Sequence record: OQ420740.1
Direction: 5' to 3' (one strand)
From: Escherichia phage B9-1
DNA: 64,000 nucleotides
In this document: positions 34,870 through 44,515 of the stretch, in pieces
Layout of the letters: each line of letters starts with the position of its first letter
Position numbering within the stretch: the first letter of the stretch is position 1
Position numbers and translations under genes: made by a program
Notes under the pieces: generated by a model
The model's database searches: none
What the model saw: the letters and a program-made list of their open reading frames with translations, nothing else
What the model was told of the DNA's origin: nothing

Positions 34870-35724
34870 GTGAAGAGAGCCGTATATCCAGTCGAGTATG
34901 ATCCTCTATTAAGAGTTTTCAACAATCAGTTAAGTTTTTATCAATTTTTAGCACAATACAATCCAGAAATCAATGTTGGTTTATCAGCCCTGCTGCCACC
35001 AACAGAATTCGTTATTGGCAGTGTTCACTATCCGTGCAGAACGATTGTAGACTTCTTCGAGAAGATTGCAAAACACACAGGCCTGCCAATTGATACTGGT
35101 ATCTCAACTATCCGTATGGGTGTTATTCTTCTGTTCTTCACAGAGAACCTTGATGAAAGCACTTTAACACTGCAAAGCGGTGATGTCAATATCACACTCA
35201 CCCCGTCAGTGTTTAAAGAGGTAGATGCCGCTTTCAAAGTTTCAGTGGCAGAAGGTCATCTGTGGGACCCTGAAGGGATGCCCAAAAAAGTGACCATAAA
35301 CGATGAGCAATGCGATGTTGCTTATGCAGAAGATACCCAGACTTTCACCATTGAGTGGCCTAAGAAACGTTCCCAGGTTGTAAATCTTGGGCTGACTTCT
35401 ACAGTGGCCCCAGAACCTGAACCAGAGCCGGAGCCACCTGTAGGCCCTACTGAACCTGGTGGTGGCAGTGAGGAATCACCAGGTCCGACCGCACCGGAGG
35501 GTACGGAAGGTACTGAGCAGGATCCTGAACAGGCACAAGAATCAAGATCTTCTCACGGCGATGTTGATGCCATACTGCAGCAAGCCGCAGCTCTTAACAA
35601 CGAAGATGACAAGAGTGGTTCGAAAGATGCACTCCAAACCTTCGCTAAAGAGCACGGTGTTACCTTAAGTAAGGCAAAAACTTTCCAAAATATGATGAAA
35701 GATTTTGAGGCTGCACTGGCATAA
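34870..35724 (+). CDS. structural protein with Pro/Glu-rich linker
   Basis: 284 aa, GTG start with RBS AGGAGTG; internal 'PEPEPEPEPP...PTEPGGGSEESPGPTAPEGTEGTE' linker. Confidence 0.35.
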   Translation: MKRAVYPVEYDPLLRVFNNQLSFYQFLAQYNPEINVGLSALLPPTEFVIGSVHYPCRTIVDFFEKIAKHTGLPIDTGISTIRMGVILLFFTENLDESTLTLQSGDVNITLTPSVFKEVDAAFKVSVAEGHLWDPEGMPKKVTINDEQCDVAYAEDTQTFTIEWPKKRSQVVNLGLTSTVAPEPEPEPEPPVGPTEPGGGSEESPGPTAPEGTEGTEQDPEQAQESRSSHGDVDAILQQAAALNNEDDKSGSKDALQTFAKEHGVTLSKAKTFQNMMKDFEAALA

Positions 35725-35783
35725 TTTTGTTAAGGCCCCTTCCAAATCAGGAATGGGGCTTTATTTTTACGAGGTATTTTCAA

Positions 35784-36404
35784 ATGGCATGGTATGAAGA
35801 TGAAGAGATTATCCCGTCACCGCCTAACCATGATGGTGTAGTCGATACCCCAGAAGAACCACCAAAAGAAGATCCTGTGCCTCCGGAACCTGATCCAGAC
35901 CAACCTCTTATCGATATTATGAGGTTATTGCTTGGCAATGTTGATGAGGAAACACTCCCTGATGAGGTAATTAAAACATTCCTTGACATGGAGAAGCTGA
36001 AACTAAACTATCCTGCAGACCCCGATAAGCTACCCCTGCTTAAGTACAATGTGCTTGTGCAGCTTGTGCGGTGGCTGATGATGCAGGAAGTTTCCAGCGG
36101 TAATGCAAGTATAACTTCTCGTCTGGAAAAAATAGGTGATGAGACCATAGAGATTCGTGGTGGATCTTCCTACGCTCAGTGGAAAGATTTTCTTGATTGG
36201 TTGCTGGCACACCCAGATTATGTAGACTCTGAGCTAGATGCTTATAGCAGAATGATTATCATCGGTGGTGTTCGTGTAGACGAGGGAATTCGGGTTAAAT
36301 TTAATGAAAACAGTAACGGCCCGTTCGATGTTCAAGGGATTACACCTATCAGTGGTCTAAATAATCAACCTCCTCGCCACCCAAGACGCAAACGCAGTTT
36401 TTAA
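35784..36404 (+). CDS. hypothetical head/neck protein
   Basis: RBS-supported ATG at 35784 within track ORF 35727..36404; acidic N-terminus. Confidence 0.3.
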   Translation: MAWYEDEEIIPSPPNHDGVVDTPEEPPKEDPVPPEPDPDQPLIDIMRLLLGNVDEETLPDEVIKTFLDMEKLKLNYPADPDKLPLLKYNVLVQLVRWLMMQEVSSGNASITSRLEKIGDETIEIRGGSSYAQWKDFLDWLLAHPDYVDSELDAYSRMIIIGGVRVDEGIRVKFNENSNGPFDVQGITPISGLNNQPPRHPRRKRSF

Positions 36405-36410
36405 AAATTG

Positions 36411-36439
36411 TTGCTTTTGATGTATCTTTGTGGTAAAAT
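36411..36439 (+). promoter_or_regulatory. sigma70-like promoter (TTGCTT-N17-TAAAAT)
   Basis: Extended -10 'tggTAAAAT'. Confidence 0.45.
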
Positions 36440-36457
36440 ACATTAGTGAGGAATATA

Positions 36458-36916
36458 ATGCTAAAGGTTAAATGTCAAACAAGGTTCAACCTAAAGCGTT
36501 TAGATCGCTTTTATAAAGACCTTGTGAAACTTGAAAGCAAAACAATAACCTACGGCTTTTATGATGAACCTCACCCGTCAGGCTTAAATATGGCAACATT
36601 GGCAGCTATTCACAACTTCGGTTGGAACGGGCTGCCTGTTCGCAATTTCATGGAGACGGCCTTTGCATTTCACAGCACGCAACTACAGACCTTGACAGAA
36701 AAATTGTTGAGAGCTATGGCTAGAGGATCAAGTGCAGAGGCTGTTCTTAGGCAGATGGGGGACACAGGGGCCAAAGCTATCCAGTTTGTTATTGAGGCTG
36801 GTCAGTTTAGTAACCCTACTGTTAGTGAGCAGTGGGCACAAGAGAAGGGCTTCAACGAGGCTATGCGGCATTACGATGTGCTGCTTGAATCTGCAACCTT
36901 TAAAATTGGACAGTAA
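36458..36916 (+). CDS. head-tail joining protein (putative)
   Basis: ATG 36458 with RBS GTGAGGAA; about 152 aa; call by position. Confidence 0.3.
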   Translation: MLKVKCQTRFNLKRLDRFYKDLVKLESKTITYGFYDEPHPSGLNMATLAAIHNFGWNGLPVRNFMETAFAFHSTQLQTLTEKLLRAMARGSSAEAVLRQMGDTGAKAIQFVIEAGQFSNPTVSEQWAQEKGFNEAMRHYDVLLESATFKIGQ

Positions 36917-36934
36917 AAATAAGGGGGTGGTTGA

Positions 36935-37360
36935 GTGGCAGCAGGTTATAAGCTGATAGGAAAGAACAGGCTAATACCTCGTAAAACATTCAAAGGTCGC
37001 CACAGAGTGTATAACAAAACAGTTGGCAGTCCTTTTGCTAACGAGGGGTTAGAACTTGAGTATGAAGAGTTTGATGTCTTAGAGTGTGTTGTGCAGCCGT
37101 TGACAGGAAGAGCAGCTAAAGATTACTCCTCCCAGATAAATCCTGAGGGTGACAGACAGTACGAGGCTTTTACAGTTTACTCCTCAACCAAGTTGTATAG
37201 TCCAGACGAAGGAACATATGCAATGGCTGATCAAATTCAACTGCCTGACATCCGTGGTGACCTGAAGTGGTTTACCGTTTTAAAATGCGATTCTTATGTC
37301 ACGTCTGGTGGTGGAAGATACAGATTTTTTGTGGTAGAAGAGCCTGAAGGAGAAAACTGA
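36935..37360 (+). CDS. neck/head completion protein (putative)
   Basis: 141-aa ORF in the structural array. Confidence 0.3.
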   Translation: MAAGYKLIGKNRLIPRKTFKGRHRVYNKTVGSPFANEGLELEYEEFDVLECVVQPLTGRAAKDYSSQINPEGDRQYEAFTVYSSTKLYSPDEGTYAMADQIQLPDIRGDLKWFTVLKCDSYVTSGGGRYRFFVVEEPEGEN

Positions 37361-37911
37361 TGGAAGCTTTCGAAAAAGTTTTTTCTGATCTTGAAACAAC
37401 CATCGCTAAGCTTGTCAAGGTTGCCACAGGAAGAACTGTAGTTCTGGCAGAAAGCTCTACCATACCGAAGCCGGAAGGTGAGTTTGTACTTTTGCAAACC
37501 CTGGCGATCAATCCCACCACTTGGGAAGATAATGAGTTTCAAGATGCGGAGGGTAATGCTTACGTCACCCACAGTTACACTGTCACTTATCTGTTAACAG
37601 CTTATCGCGGCAGGGCATATGCTGCACTTAGCAGAGTATTGCAAGCAATAAACCTTCCAATGTTTTATGACAAGTATTTCCCTCTGGGGTCGTGCTTTGC
37701 CTACTCTAACAATTCGACAATTTCACCTCAAAGGGTGCCGTTGAATAAGCAGACGTATGAAAATAGAGCCACCGTAATGCTGACATTTAACGTAAGGTTT
37801 GTTGAGACAGACATTGGGGCTTTTGAGGATCTTCAGGGAATTAAGGCTGAAATAACCACACACTTCCCTTCACCCAATTCTGGTAAAGCGGTTACAGACA
37901 GTGGTCAGTAA
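37360..37911 (+). CDS. neck/tail completion protein (putative)
   Basis: 183-aa ORF, ATGA overlap with the upstream gene. Confidence 0.3.
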   Translation: MEAFEKVFSDLETTIAKLVKVATGRTVVLAESSTIPKPEGEFVLLQTLAINPTTWEDNEFQDAEGNAYVTHSYTVTYLLTAYRGRAYAALSRVLQAINLPMFYDKYFPLGSCFAYSNNSTISPQRVPLNKQTYENRATVMLTFNVRFVETDIGAFEDLQGIKAEITTHFPSPNSGKAVTDSGQ

Positions 37912-37983
37912 TCGTTATAATTGTGTAGTGTAATGATTACACTGCGTGTTTGATATCCGTGCACAGATATTAAGAGGAAACAA

Positions 37984-39360
37984 ATGCCATATTTAGATAA
38001 AGTGGTAGATGTTACAGTTAACCTCGGAACCCAACCTATTGACACTGTAGGTTTCGAAACTCCCCTGTTCATCGCTATCCACAACAACTTTACTGAGCGA
38101 GCTCGCGTATATGCGGAGCTGGATCAGATGGTGGAAGATGGTTTCGCACAAGGCTCTGCAGCGTATGAGTTTGCAGCAAAAGCTTTTGGTGGTGTATTCC
38201 CTCCACAATATGTTATGATCGGCAGACAGGCCAAAGAAAAAACCACTGTAGACTTTAAAGGTATTGCTGCCGCAGCCGATACCGATGTCGTAATGACTAT
38301 TGCAAAAGGTGGCTACAATACCTCTCTGATAGTGCCTATCTCTGGTGGAACAGGTGCAACTCAGATTGCAGAGTCAATGAAGACTAAAATCGAAGCAGAT
38401 GATAATTTGGACGGTATCACTGTAGAGGCTGAAGAAGGTGTTATCACCATCACTGGTAACTGCACTGTTGGTTATCATACTGGTAACTATACAATCAAGA
38501 ATATTGCCAATTCTGAAAAACCTTCTACAGTAGTTGATAAGATCAATGCTGAGCGGGACAATTGGTACTTCCTGTGCCATGAAGACCACACCGACATTGA
38601 AGCATGTGCTAAGTGGGCTCAGGCCAACTACAAGCTGCACGTCTACTCTACTGCAGAAGATGTGACTGGCAAAGATAGTAACATCGCTACCAAACTGAAA
38701 GCTGCACAATATGACAGTGTTGGCATGTACGATCCTCGTGCAGATAAGGACTTCCCGGAGGGTGGTATCATAGGTGCTATGGCATCCAACGATCCGTCCT
38801 ACGGTGACAGCTTGCACTTAAAACAGATGCCAGGTGTGATTGCACCATCTCTGACTTTAACTCAGCGTATGGCTATTTGGGAAAACCACGTTAACTTCTA
38901 CAGAATGATTAACGGTGTTGGCGCTTTCTGGGAAGGTAAGTGTGCTTCAGGTCAGTATGCAGACGCTATTCGTTTTGCACACTGGATCAAGTTCAGATCT
39001 GAAGAATCCATGTTTGGGTACATGCATCGCCGCTCCAATATGGGTTTAAGCATGAAGATGTCTGATGATGATCTTCCGGTTATCAAGTCTGTTCTGATGA
39101 ACAACCCGATCAATACTGGCATTAAGAATGGCGCGATCCTGACAGGTTTTGACGAAGACAACAATGTGTTCTACGACCCGATCATCACAGTTCCTAAACG
39201 TGCAGAGATCCCAACCAATCAGTTGGCTGCTCGTGTTCTGGAAGGTGTGAAAGTAGAACTGGTGTATAACAACGCCCTGCACTTCGTTCGTATCCGGATC
39301 AACGTCCTTCTGGACAAAGTTGGTTCTAAATCCACCAATGCTGTTGCAATGACTGAATAA
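37984..39360 (+). CDS. major tail protein, tail-sheath-sized
   Basis: 458 aa with RBS, followed by a tube-sized gene, chaperone pair and tape measure in the layout typical of contractile tails; no motif confirmation. Confidence 0.4.
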   Translation: MPYLDKVVDVTVNLGTQPIDTVGFETPLFIAIHNNFTERARVYAELDQMVEDGFAQGSAAYEFAAKAFGGVFPPQYVMIGRQAKEKTTVDFKGIAAAADTDVVMTIAKGGYNTSLIVPISGGTGATQIAESMKTKIEADDNLDGITVEAEEGVITITGNCTVGYHTGNYTIKNIANSEKPSTVVDKINAERDNWYFLCHEDHTDIEACAKWAQANYKLHVYSTAEDVTGKDSNIATKLKAAQYDSVGMYDPRADKDFPEGGIIGAMASNDPSYGDSLHLKQMPGVIAPSLTLTQRMAIWENHVNFYRMINGVGAFWEGKCASGQYADAIRFAHWIKFRSEESMFGYMHRRSNMGLSMKMSDDDLPVIKSVLMNNPINTGIKNGAILTGFDEDNNVFYDPIITVPKRAEIPTNQLAARVLEGVKVELVYNNALHFVRIRINVLLDKVGSKSTNAVAMTE

Positions 39361-39370
39361 GGAAGACTAG

Positions 39371-39844
39371 ATGGAAACTCAAATTTTAACTCCTTATGCT
39401 TATGACCCTAAAAAGGTCAAACTGTACCTGATGCAGCAGCGTGTCACTGGCTTCGCTGCTGACACCAAGATCGTTGTTTCAAGAAACGAAGACAACATCT
39501 ACCCTCATGTTGGTGTGGATGGCGAAATGTCTGCGGCCCTGTCTCGTAACCAATCCGGTGTTATGACTGTGTCTTTGCAGAACACTTCTGTATGGAACGC
39601 TTACCTTTCTGACTGGCAGAAACAGGCATCTATTACTGGTCTGGTATTCTTCCCGGTTCTGCTGGAAGGTAGCCAGGGTCCTGGTATTGCTACAATCGGT
39701 TGGATCCAAAAACAGCCTGACCTCACTTACGGAACTGAAGTAGGTCAGCTGGACTGGGATATCGGTATTCTGGATGCATGGCTCAACCGTGACAACATCA
39801 CTGGTGCCCTCACTGGCCTCGCAGGTCTTGCAGGTATTATCTAA
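39371..39844 (+). CDS. tail tube protein (putative)
   Basis: 157 aa directly after the sheath-sized gene and followed by a strong terminator. Confidence 0.35.
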   Translation: METQILTPYAYDPKKVKLYLMQQRVTGFAADTKIVVSRNEDNIYPHVGVDGEMSAALSRNQSGVMTVSLQNTSVWNAYLSDWQKQASITGLVFFPVLLEGSQGPGIATIGWIQKQPDLTYGTEVGQLDWDIGILDAWLNRDNITGALTGLAGLAGII

Positions 39845-39862
39845 GGGCACACTTTAGTATAA

Positions 39863-39890
39863 GCCTCACCTTCGGGTGGGGCTTTTTTGC
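39863..39890 (+). terminator. rho-independent terminator
   Basis: Hairpin gcctcacc-ttcg-ggtggggc followed by 'ttttttgctttt'. Confidence 0.8.
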
Positions 39891-39935
39891 TTTTATGGTT
39901 TTGACAAACTCTTTTGGATTGCTTGAAAGGTTAAA

Positions 39936-39964
39936 TTGACAATGCACCATAATCATGGTAAAAT
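39936..39964 (+). promoter_or_regulatory. sigma70 promoter (TTGACA-N17-TAAAAT)
   Basis: Consensus -35, extended -10 'tggTAAAAT', upstream of the chaperone gene. Confidence 0.55.
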
Positions 39965-40007
39965 ACACAAATATGGTGCACAACATGACTAATAAGGATG
40001 CTATAAA

Positions 40008-40481
40008 ATGGCTATAAACTTTAGACCTACAACAGAGATTGATTTAGCAGGGCACAACTTTGTGATCACCCACTGGGGACCGATGAAAGCAATGAAAAAC
40101 ATGCCTAAAATCGGTAAGATTGTGGCTGTCCCGCTAGGTGCTGTCGGTGGATCTATTCTCTCAGGTGGTCAAAATATGGCAGAGGTCCTTCCTACAGCCT
40201 TGGCTTACCTGTTCCAAGAACTCGATGATAACTCTATTGAAGAGTTATTTAAAATCTTGTTCGAAGATATTACCGTGGATGGTGTGGATAAGCTTAACCC
40301 TGATGTTGTGTTTGCAGGGCATTTGCTGGAGATGATTAAGCTGGCAGGTAAGGTTCTGGAGGTTAACTACGGCTGTTTTTTCACACAAGACGGTTTAGGA
40401 AGCCTTCTGGAGATGTTACAGCAGATGGGTATGATCCAGCAGGTGAACAATCTGGATCAGACTCCGGAAGAGCAGGAATAA
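40008..40481 (+). CDS. tail assembly chaperone (G-like, in-frame product)
   Basis: 157 aa immediately upstream of the tape measure gene; contains a slippery heptamer near its 3' end. Confidence 0.5.
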   Translation: MAINFRPTTEIDLAGHNFVITHWGPMKAMKNMPKIGKIVAVPLGAVGGSILSGGQNMAEVLPTALAYLFQELDDNSIEELFKILFEDITVDGVDKLNPDVVFAGHLLEMIKLAGKVLEVNYGCFFTQDGLGSLLEMLQQMGMIQQVNNLDQTPEEQE

Positions 40482-40741
40482 GCAAGGTTGTTGTGAGGGC
40501 CAGTGAGTGGGCAGCCAAGAACAGTTCACTTAACTGGTTCGACTTTCTTTGGTGCAGGGTGCTCAAGAATTTCAAAGGGGAAAATTTTGAATCGCTAAAT
40601 CTTGCAGATATGGCGTATTTCCTGAAACTCTGTGAGTATCTTGATATCGAAGAATTCCTAGATACCGTCCAAAACAGGGAAATGGAGCGGGAGCAGAAGG
40701 CTGCCGCAGCTGCTGCGAAAGCTAAGCGCAGGAGAGGATAA
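40008..40741 (+). CDS. tail assembly chaperone, predicted -1 frameshift-extended form (GT-like)
   Basis: Slippery heptamer T_TTT_TTC at 40376-40382 in the zero frame; the -1 frame opens at 40367 and runs to 40741. Confidence 0.45.
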
Positions 40742-40746
40742 TCTAA

Positions 40747-40783
40747 GGGCCGGATTCCTTTTCTGGGATCTGGCCCTTTTTAT
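40747..40783 (+). terminator. intrinsic terminator-like hairpin
   Basis: gggccggat...atctggccc stem with one mismatch followed by 'tttttatt'. Confidence 0.5.
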
Positions 40784-40795
40784 TATGAGGAAAGC

Positions 40796-43132
40796 ATGGC
40801 TACAAACAAAATAGTTGCCACAACAGTCAACAAGATTGGCTTTGAGATAGAGAACTCCTCCTACAAAAAAGCTGTAGAGAAAATTCGCAGTATTGGGAGG
40901 GAGTTCAGGAAACTGGGCGAGGATTTTAACTCAGCCAACCCAATGAGTAGATGGCAGGCAGTGGCTGTTAAAACCCAGCAAACAATGCAGCGGGTTGCCA
41001 GGCAGCAATCTCAGGCAAATGCTAAACTGCACAGGGAGAGCGTAACACAAGCCAAGAAAGAGGCTGCAGTAAGGGCTGCAATAGAACGTAGGGAGAACGC
41101 GAGACGTAAACAAGCTGTGGGTAATCTTACCGCTAAAAATCCAGAAATGGCTAGGATGCGTAAGTTCTACCAGCAGCAAGCTAAAGAGGCCAAAAAGGCT
41201 GCCAAATCTGCACCAGTGTCTTACGGCGGGTATAAGGCACCTAAGGCAAGAGTTTTGGCTAATGCCAAATCTTTCAAATATATCCCCGGTAACCCTAACA
41301 TGGGTGGTGTGGCTTCCGACCCTAATCTTGTGAAAGCTCAGACAGCGGCTATGAACCGTTACCATAGGCAGCTAAGAAGGGACAGTAAAGCTGGTATGGA
41401 TAATAGGCTTATGTCGGATCGTGAGGCAAGAAGAACCCACCTCTACAACTCTGCGATAAGACTTTCTGCCAAGTATGGGGCTGGATTCCGTGGAAGCTTG
41501 CCAGGATACTCAGAGTTAGAGTCCAGGTTTGCTCGCGGAGAGATGAAAAAGTCAACCTTTAACGCCCACCTGTCAGCTCTGCAGTCTGGGTTTAAAAGCG
41601 CCACCAGCCAAACGCTTACACTAGGCGATGCCCTGAGAGACTTACGTAGATCTGTTATTAATGCAACAGCTGCGTATACAGCTTTTTCTGGATTTGCTGC
41701 GGTGAACAGATCCGGTCACATGATGGAGGGGGCAAGTGCTGCTCTTACTGCTGTTACTGGAGATCCAAACAAAGCCAACAGTGAAGTTGCGTTTGTCCAG
41801 CAGGAGGCTATGCGTCTTGGTTTTGATCTCAAATCTGGTCTTCAGGGTTATTCTCAGATGGCGGTGAACGCCAAAAATCAGATGACAAACCAAGAGGTCC
41901 ATGAGCTATTCTCTGCATACTCACAGTATGCTGCTGCTTATGGTGCCGATGAGGTAAAATACCAGCGCGGTATTATGGCAATCCAGCAAATGCTTGGTAA
42001 AGGACAGGTAATGTCCGAAGAACTTAAGCAACAACTTGCTGAAGCGTTACCTGGGGCATATGAACCTTTTATCAAGGCCACCAAAGAGGCTTTTGGTCTT
42101 TCTGAACTCTCCATGGATCAGTTCATGGACATGATGAAGAAAGGCGAGGTTAAAACAGCCAAGATCATGAAGTATGTAGCTAAGTACATGAACGAGGCAT
42201 CTGCAGCTGGTTATGAAAGAATGCAGAAGTCTAACGTGCTGGCAGAAAACAGGCTGAAAACCTTCATCGAACTGTCTCGTCAGAAACTGTTCACCCGTTG
42301 GGCTGACGAACTAACAGAGTTCTATTATACACTGATCCGCACTGGTGAGACTTTGCAATTTGTGTGGGATGCCTCTGGTGATTTTGTTAGCGGGTTTGTG
42401 AGAGGTCTTAACTGGGTAGTTGGTGAACTGAACAACACTATAGTCAAGATCCGCATGTTTTTCCTTGAATGGGGGATTAAATGGGGATTCATAACAGCTA
42501 AGACGAAGGAATATTCTGAAGAGCTTCATGACACCTTTAGCTATGCTAAATGGGCAGGGTTTGCTGCTGCCATCATGCTGGTCGTCAACGCACTGACAAA
42601 AGGTTTTGTCATGGCATCCATGCTTGTAAAAACCTTTAAATTCCTTAGTTCTCTAAGAGGTGCAGCTGGAGCAGCAGGTGCAGCCACTGCAGAAGGATCT
42701 GGTGGCGGCGGCGCGGCAGGAAAAGGTGGAGGTGGCCTCAAAACACCTGGTGGTAAAGTTGGCATACTTGGCAAGCTGGGTATTATCGGCACAATATTAA
42801 GTGCCGGAGAGTTATTTAATGACCGTTTCAACCCGCTGAGTGAAAGAAATCAGCAACTGGATACTATCAGCGATATGATTCGCAAAGATATTATATCTGG
42901 AGGTAACGGGTTTGTTGATCCTTTGGACACCTTACCGGGCGGTACTCTTCCGTTGCCGGGTGGCCCTGGTTTTGCTTCTCAATTAAGAACTATGGAAATG
43001 CTCCCTTTAGAGATTAGTGATGGTAAAATCACGATTTCAATAGATGAGGGTGAGTTTAGCAAAATACTTGATGCAAAACTTGAGTGGGAGAACAACAAAG
43101 ATATTAACTTTATGTCAACAGATCTTTGGTAA
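40796..43132 (+). CDS. tail tape measure protein
   Basis: 778 aa; long helical charged N-terminal half, hydrophobic segments, Gly-rich tract 'GAAGAAGAATAEGSGGGGAAGKGGGG'; downstream of the chaperone frameshift pair. Confidence 0.75.
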   Translation: MATNKIVATTVNKIGFEIENSSYKKAVEKIRSIGREFRKLGEDFNSANPMSRWQAVAVKTQQTMQRVARQQSQANAKLHRESVTQAKKEAAVRAAIERRENARRKQAVGNLTAKNPEMARMRKFYQQQAKEAKKAAKSAPVSYGGYKAPKARVLANAKSFKYIPGNPNMGGVASDPNLVKAQTAAMNRYHRQLRRDSKAGMDNRLMSDREARRTHLYNSAIRLSAKYGAGFRGSLPGYSELESRFARGEMKKSTFNAHLSALQSGFKSATSQTLTLGDALRDLRRSVINATAAYTAFSGFAAVNRSGHMMEGASAALTAVTGDPNKANSEVAFVQQEAMRLGFDLKSGLQGYSQMAVNAKNQMTNQEVHELFSAYSQYAAAYGADEVKYQRGIMAIQQMLGKGQVMSEELKQQLAEALPGAYEPFIKATKEAFGLSELSMDQFMDMMKKGEVKTAKIMKYVAKYMNEASAAGYERMQKSNVLAENRLKTFIELSRQKLFTRWADELTEFYYTLIRTGETLQFVWDASGDFVSGFVRGLNWVVGELNNTIVKIRMFFLEWGIKWGFITAKTKEYSEELHDTFSYAKWAGFAAAIMLVVNALTKGFVMASMLVKTFKFLSSLRGAAGAAGAATAEGSGGGGAAGKGGGGLKTPGGKVGILGKLGIIGTILSAGELFNDRFNPLSERNQQLDTISDMIRKDIISGGNGFVDPLDTLPGGTLPLPGGPGFASQLRTMEMLPLEISDGKITISIDEGEFSKILDAKLEWENNKDINFMSTDLW

Positions 43133-43145
43133 CAAACAGCACATA

Positions 43146-43169
43146 GGGGGCTCCGGCCCCCTTTATTTT
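43146..43169 (+). terminator. rho-independent terminator
   Basis: Hairpin gggggc-tccg-gccccc followed by 'tttatttt'. Confidence 0.7.
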
Positions 43170-43176
43170 ATCGGTG

Positions 43177-43205
43177 TTGTAAAAACGGCTATTTTATGAT
43201 ACAAT
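43177..43205 (+). promoter_or_regulatory. sigma70-like promoter (TTGTAA-N17-TACAAT)
   Basis: TG two bases upstream of the -10. Confidence 0.45.
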
Positions 43206-43238
43206 ATCTAGATGGTATCGGAGTGTCCTGGAGAGGTT

Positions 43239-44123
43239 ATGCCAAGCAATATAGTTGATGAAAAAGACCTGTACAAGCCTCAAGAGGTTAAATCTCCAAA
43301 GGCTGAAAAGGCAGAGCAGCAAACTGAAAGCGATGTAAAGTACACTATGTTTGTCAGTGGTCTTAACTACGGTGGTCGTAATACGGAGATGAAGGGTAAA
43401 AACTTTACTAACGATCTTGCCATTATCTTCGATCAGGTTGAGAACTACTCTTTCAAACATTCTGTTGATAAAACTAGTTTTGCAGTGGAAGATAAATCTA
43501 CCCTGTCAGACCACGCTGTAATTAAAGATGGTGTATTTTCTTTTACTGGTAGGGTAAATACATCTCCACATATAATTTATGAGCAAAACTACATTGATAG
43601 AAACACTGACTCTAAAAACCCTGCAGCATCTATGCGACCAGGCACTGCATTGGAGGCTTTGACTGAGATTATCAATAAGCGACAGTTGGTTTCTTTGGTT
43701 ACCGAGGAGAGACTTCTTGAGAACTACATCATAACCAGTCTTTCTGCCAACAAGTCTGTTGGTGAAGGCGCTGCAATGGTGTTTGATGTAGAGCTTACAG
43801 AGTTCCGCACATTCTACTTGAATAAGGTTGTTAATGCAACTGTATACAGCAATCCTAAGAAAGTAGGCAAGACCCAGCAAAAGGGCGCTGTCAACGATTG
43901 TAAGAATGGCAGTAACGTGGGTAACAAAAGGGACACAGGAGCATTTGCAGACACTGCATCCACAAATGCCGCAGAAGAATGGCAGCCATACAAATCTATG
44001 ATGTGGACGGATGAAAACGGTGTTACTCAATCTGCTGCGGATTGGTATTATCAGGAATATGGAAGACCTTCTACCATAGTCCCATCTGAGCAGGGAAACT
44101 ACAACAAAGTTAACGGAAAATAA
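43239..44123 (+). CDS. tail/baseplate protein (putative)
   Basis: RBS-supported ATG 43239 within the track ORF; about 295 aa. Confidence 0.3.
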   Translation: MPSNIVDEKDLYKPQEVKSPKAEKAEQQTESDVKYTMFVSGLNYGGRNTEMKGKNFTNDLAIIFDQVENYSFKHSVDKTSFAVEDKSTLSDHAVIKDGVFSFTGRVNTSPHIIYEQNYIDRNTDSKNPAASMRPGTALEALTEIINKRQLVSLVTEERLLENYIITSLSANKSVGEGAAMVFDVELTEFRTFYLNKVVNATVYSNPKKVGKTQQKGAVNDCKNGSNVGNKRDTGAFADTASTNAAEEWQPYKSMMWTDENGVTQSAADWYYQEYGRPSTIVPSEQGNYNKVNGK

Positions 44124-44134
44124 GGGGGCGTGCA

Positions 44135-44515
44135 ATGGAGCTTAAAGATTGGTGCATAATCACCTTTGTGTGGGACATTGACGGCTTTCCTGATCAAACC
44201 ATGCGTGTTGTTTTAGACAATGAAACGTATGAAATGCGTATGCAATGGAATGAGAGGGATGAGTCTTGGTGGTTATCCCTTGGTCCGGTAGGTGACAGCC
44301 CTTTAGTAATCAGAAAAGTAACAGCTTGTCAAGATATCTTAGACGGACTGCATTACAGAGACGATTTACCGAAAGGTAGATTGATGGCGCTGTCGTTTAA
44401 AGATGATCAATATTGGGGCAGGGTTGGAAGATACAACCTTGGAGCAAGATCCGAGCTACAGCTTGTATACGGCACCCCAGTTGATCTTTACAAGGAACAG
44501 CAAGGGTTAGAATAA
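44135..44515 (+). CDS. tail/baseplate protein (putative)
   Basis: 126-aa ORF, tightly packed. Confidence 0.3.
   Translation: MELKDWCIITFVWDIDGFPDQTMRVVLDNETYEMRMQWNERDESWWLSLGPVGDSPLVIRKVTACQDILDGLHYRDDLPKGRLMALSFKDDQYWGRVGRYNLGARSELQLVYGTPVDLYKEQQGLE

Noticed and set aside
42640-42760. Gly/Ala-rich segment in the tape measure gene considered as a separate repeat feature
   Set aside because: It is an in-frame low-complexity linker typical of tape measure proteins, not an independent element.
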